Origin: Candidatus Parcubacteria bacterium
GTDB lineage: Bacteria > Patescibacteriota > Minisyncoccia > Phycocordibacterales > Phycocordibacteraceae
Reading direction: 5' to 3'
Assembly: GCA_024654305.1 (NCBI GenBank)
Contig: JANLIU010000041.1
Span: forward strand, 1 to 24,000
DNA length: 24,000 bases
Made by a program: the position numbers and the translations under genes
Notes under the pieces: generated by a model
Told to the model about the DNA's origin: nothing
Seen by the model: the letters and a program-made list of their open reading frames with translations, nothing else
Database searches by the model: none
Shown: in pieces, positions 22,546 to 24,000 of the stretch
Position numbering within the stretch: position 1 is the first letter of the stretch
How the letters are laid out: every line of letters begins with the position of its first letter

Positions 22546-22644
22546 GTTTCCTCCTTTCCGACCGAAAGAACTGGTCGCACATATAAAGAATATACCCACT
22601 ACAACCGCGCAATACCGTTATGCACTCCTGCTATACTATGCGGA

Positions 22645-23091
22645 ATGGAGTACCAAGTGCCGCAGTTCATTGAGGTCGAAGACAAGATCATCGGGCCTTT
22701 GACCTTGAAGCAGTTCATCTACATCGCCGGTGCGACCGGACTTTGCATCGTCTTTTTTGCGTATCTTCAGATACTCATTGCGATTTTCCTTTCTCTGCCG
22801 GTAGTAGCACTTGCCGCGGCGCTCGCTTTTTACCGATTGAACGGGAAACCATTCATTGAAGTGCTCGAAGCGGGATTCAATTATTATGTCGGCGCGAAAT
22901 TATTCCTCTGGAAGCATCAGGAGCCGACAGCGGGGGAGACGAGTTCCGCGGCCGCCGCTGCGGCGGCCGCTGAAACTGCCGCCCGCATCCCGCGCGGCAC
23001 CCCAAAACTTACCCGCGGGAGACTTTCCGAGCTCGCGTGGTCACTCGACGTAAAACCGGTAGGGGGCTTGTCGCCGAGTTCAAAATCCTGA
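22645..23091 (+). CDS. PrgI-family (VirB3-like) type IV secretion membrane protein
   Basis: ORF 22459..23091 trimmed to MEYQVPQFIEVEDKIIGPLTLKQFIYIAG (ATG 22645), which is the typical PrgI-family N-terminus, followed by two TM helices. TATACT lies 7 nt upstream. Confidence 0.65.
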   Translation: MEYQVPQFIEVEDKIIGPLTLKQFIYIAGATGLCIVFFAYLQILIAIFLSLPVVALAAALAFYRLNGKPFIEVLEAGFNYYVGAKLFLWKHQEPTAGETSSAAAAAAAAETAARIPRGTPKLTRGRLSELAWSLDVKPVGGLSPSSKS

Positions 23092-23092
23092 T

Positions 23093-23728
23093 ATGGCAAC
23101 AAAACCCGCAGGTGCAACACAACAATTCGTTCCGGTGAAAGAGATCCGGAACGGCGTCATCGTCCTCAAAGACGGTGGATATCGCGGTGTGCTCATCTGT
23201 TCTTCCATCAACTTCGGGCTTAAATCGGCTGACGAACAACATGCCATCACGCTCGGTTTCCAGAATTTCCTCAACACGATAGATTTCTCCATCCAGATAG
23301 TTGTGAATTCGCGTAAAATGGACCTGCGCCCCTACCTCGCTCTTCTCGAAGAAAAAGCTCCAGAGCAGAAGTCCGAGCTCATGCGCATCCAGCTCCATGA
23401 ATACATAGAATTCGTTCGGTCATTCACCGACCAGGCGAATATCATGACGAAGTCGTTCTACATTGTCGTGCCGTACACTCCTCGAGTTTCGGTGATGGGC
23501 GCCACGAGTTTTTTGCGGCACGAAAATTCGTCGGCAAAGAATGCTACGGCGGAGACCTCGTTCGAGGAGAGTCGCGCCCAGCTGGAGCAAAGGCTCTCGC
23601 TCGTCGCGGGAGGCCTTTCCGGCACCGGCGTGCGTGCGGTCCCGCTCGGCACCGAGGAGATCATCGAGCTTCTGTACCGCTCGTTCAATCCGGGCGAGCT
23701 TGAAAATCCTATCCGCCTCGACACCTAA
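23093..23728 (+). CDS. T4SS-associated protein resembling the extreme N-terminal region of Gram-positive VirB4/TrsE-like ATPases
   Basis: QQFVPVKEIRNGVIVLKDGGYRGVLICSSINFGLKSADEQ and FQNFLNTIDFSIQIVV follow the pattern I recall from conjugative ATPase N-termini. 211 aa. Confidence 0.45.
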   Translation: MATKPAGATQQFVPVKEIRNGVIVLKDGGYRGVLICSSINFGLKSADEQHAITLGFQNFLNTIDFSIQIVVNSRKMDLRPYLALLEEKAPEQKSELMRIQLHEYIEFVRSFTDQANIMTKSFYIVVPYTPRVSVMGATSFLRHENSSAKNATAETSFEESRAQLEQRLSLVAGGLSGTGVRAVPLGTEEIIELLYRSFNPGELENPIRLDT

Positions 23729-23730
23729 TT

Positions 23731-24000
23731 ATGGCTCTACTCGATTTCCTGAAACGCAAAAATGAACAGACATCGATGGTGGTGCCGGTGTTGCCCAGAG
23801 ATATCTATAAGCAGGGAGCCCTGAACCTTGTTGATACTATTGCTCCGACGGCACTTAAAATCGGTTCGCGCGAACTTGAACTCGGAGAGAAATTCGTCCG
23901 CGCTTTTTATACTATTTCCTATCCGCGGTTCCTCTCCGACAGTTGGTTCTCGCCGGTCATTAATTTAGACAAGGTCCTCGATGCCTCCCTGTTCATCCAC
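23731..24000 (+). CDS. VirB4/TrbE-like conjugative ATPase, N-terminal 90 codons; continues past the window end
   Basis: My translation from ATG 23731 gives MALLDFLKRKNEQTSMVVPVLPRDIYKQGALNLVDTIAPTALKIGSRELELGEKFVRAFYTISYPRFLSDSWFSPVINLDKVLDASLFIH with no stop. The IAPxxL...FxRxFxxxxYPRxLxxxW pattern is typical of VirB4-like proteins. Confidence 0.55.
   Translation, partial: MALLDFLKRKNEQTSMVVPVLPRDIYKQGALNLVDTIAPTALKIGSRELELGEKFVRAFYTISYPRFLSDSWFSPVINLDKVLDASLFIH

Overview
Gene-dense bacterial window. Type IV pilus genes, ComEC, PrgI/VirB4-like genes and a minimal glycolysis pair suggest a small-genome CPR/Patescibacteria-like organism, but lineage is inference only. Ordinary content: ppa (partial), nusA, pilB-pilC-pseudopilin operon, tpiA, pgk, HIT, recJ, rnhA, comEC, Fe/Mn SOD, rpmB, an S2P/M50 protease and a PrgI/VirB4-like module. 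The stand-out region is ~1.6-6.8 kb, all on the + strand. It runs: promoter, a 203-aa protein with RAMP-like features, an intrinsic terminator, a low-GC non-coding array, a 592-aa XPD/DinG-type Fe-S helicase, a second array, and a terminator. The two arrays hold 10 type III hammerhead ribozymes (HHRs), each fused to a 5' GC-rich hairpin. Interleaved with them are 7 copies of a conserved ~75-nt three-hairpin RNA (module B) that I cannot assign to a known class. All stems show compensatory changes. Predicted self-cleavage gives two RNA size classes, 134-139 nt and 280-308 nt, and would also excise the helicase mRNA. I read this as a candidate undescribed ribozyme-processed RNA array coupled to a RAMP-like protein and a DinG-like helicase; the function is unknown. 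Other observations: a MITE-like palindromic element family (two copies with target-site duplications at start codons, a related structured segment in-frame inside recJ), a terminator-like nusA leader hairpin, -10 boxes 6-9 nt from several start codons (leaderless mRNAs), and an AT-rich two-gene island.
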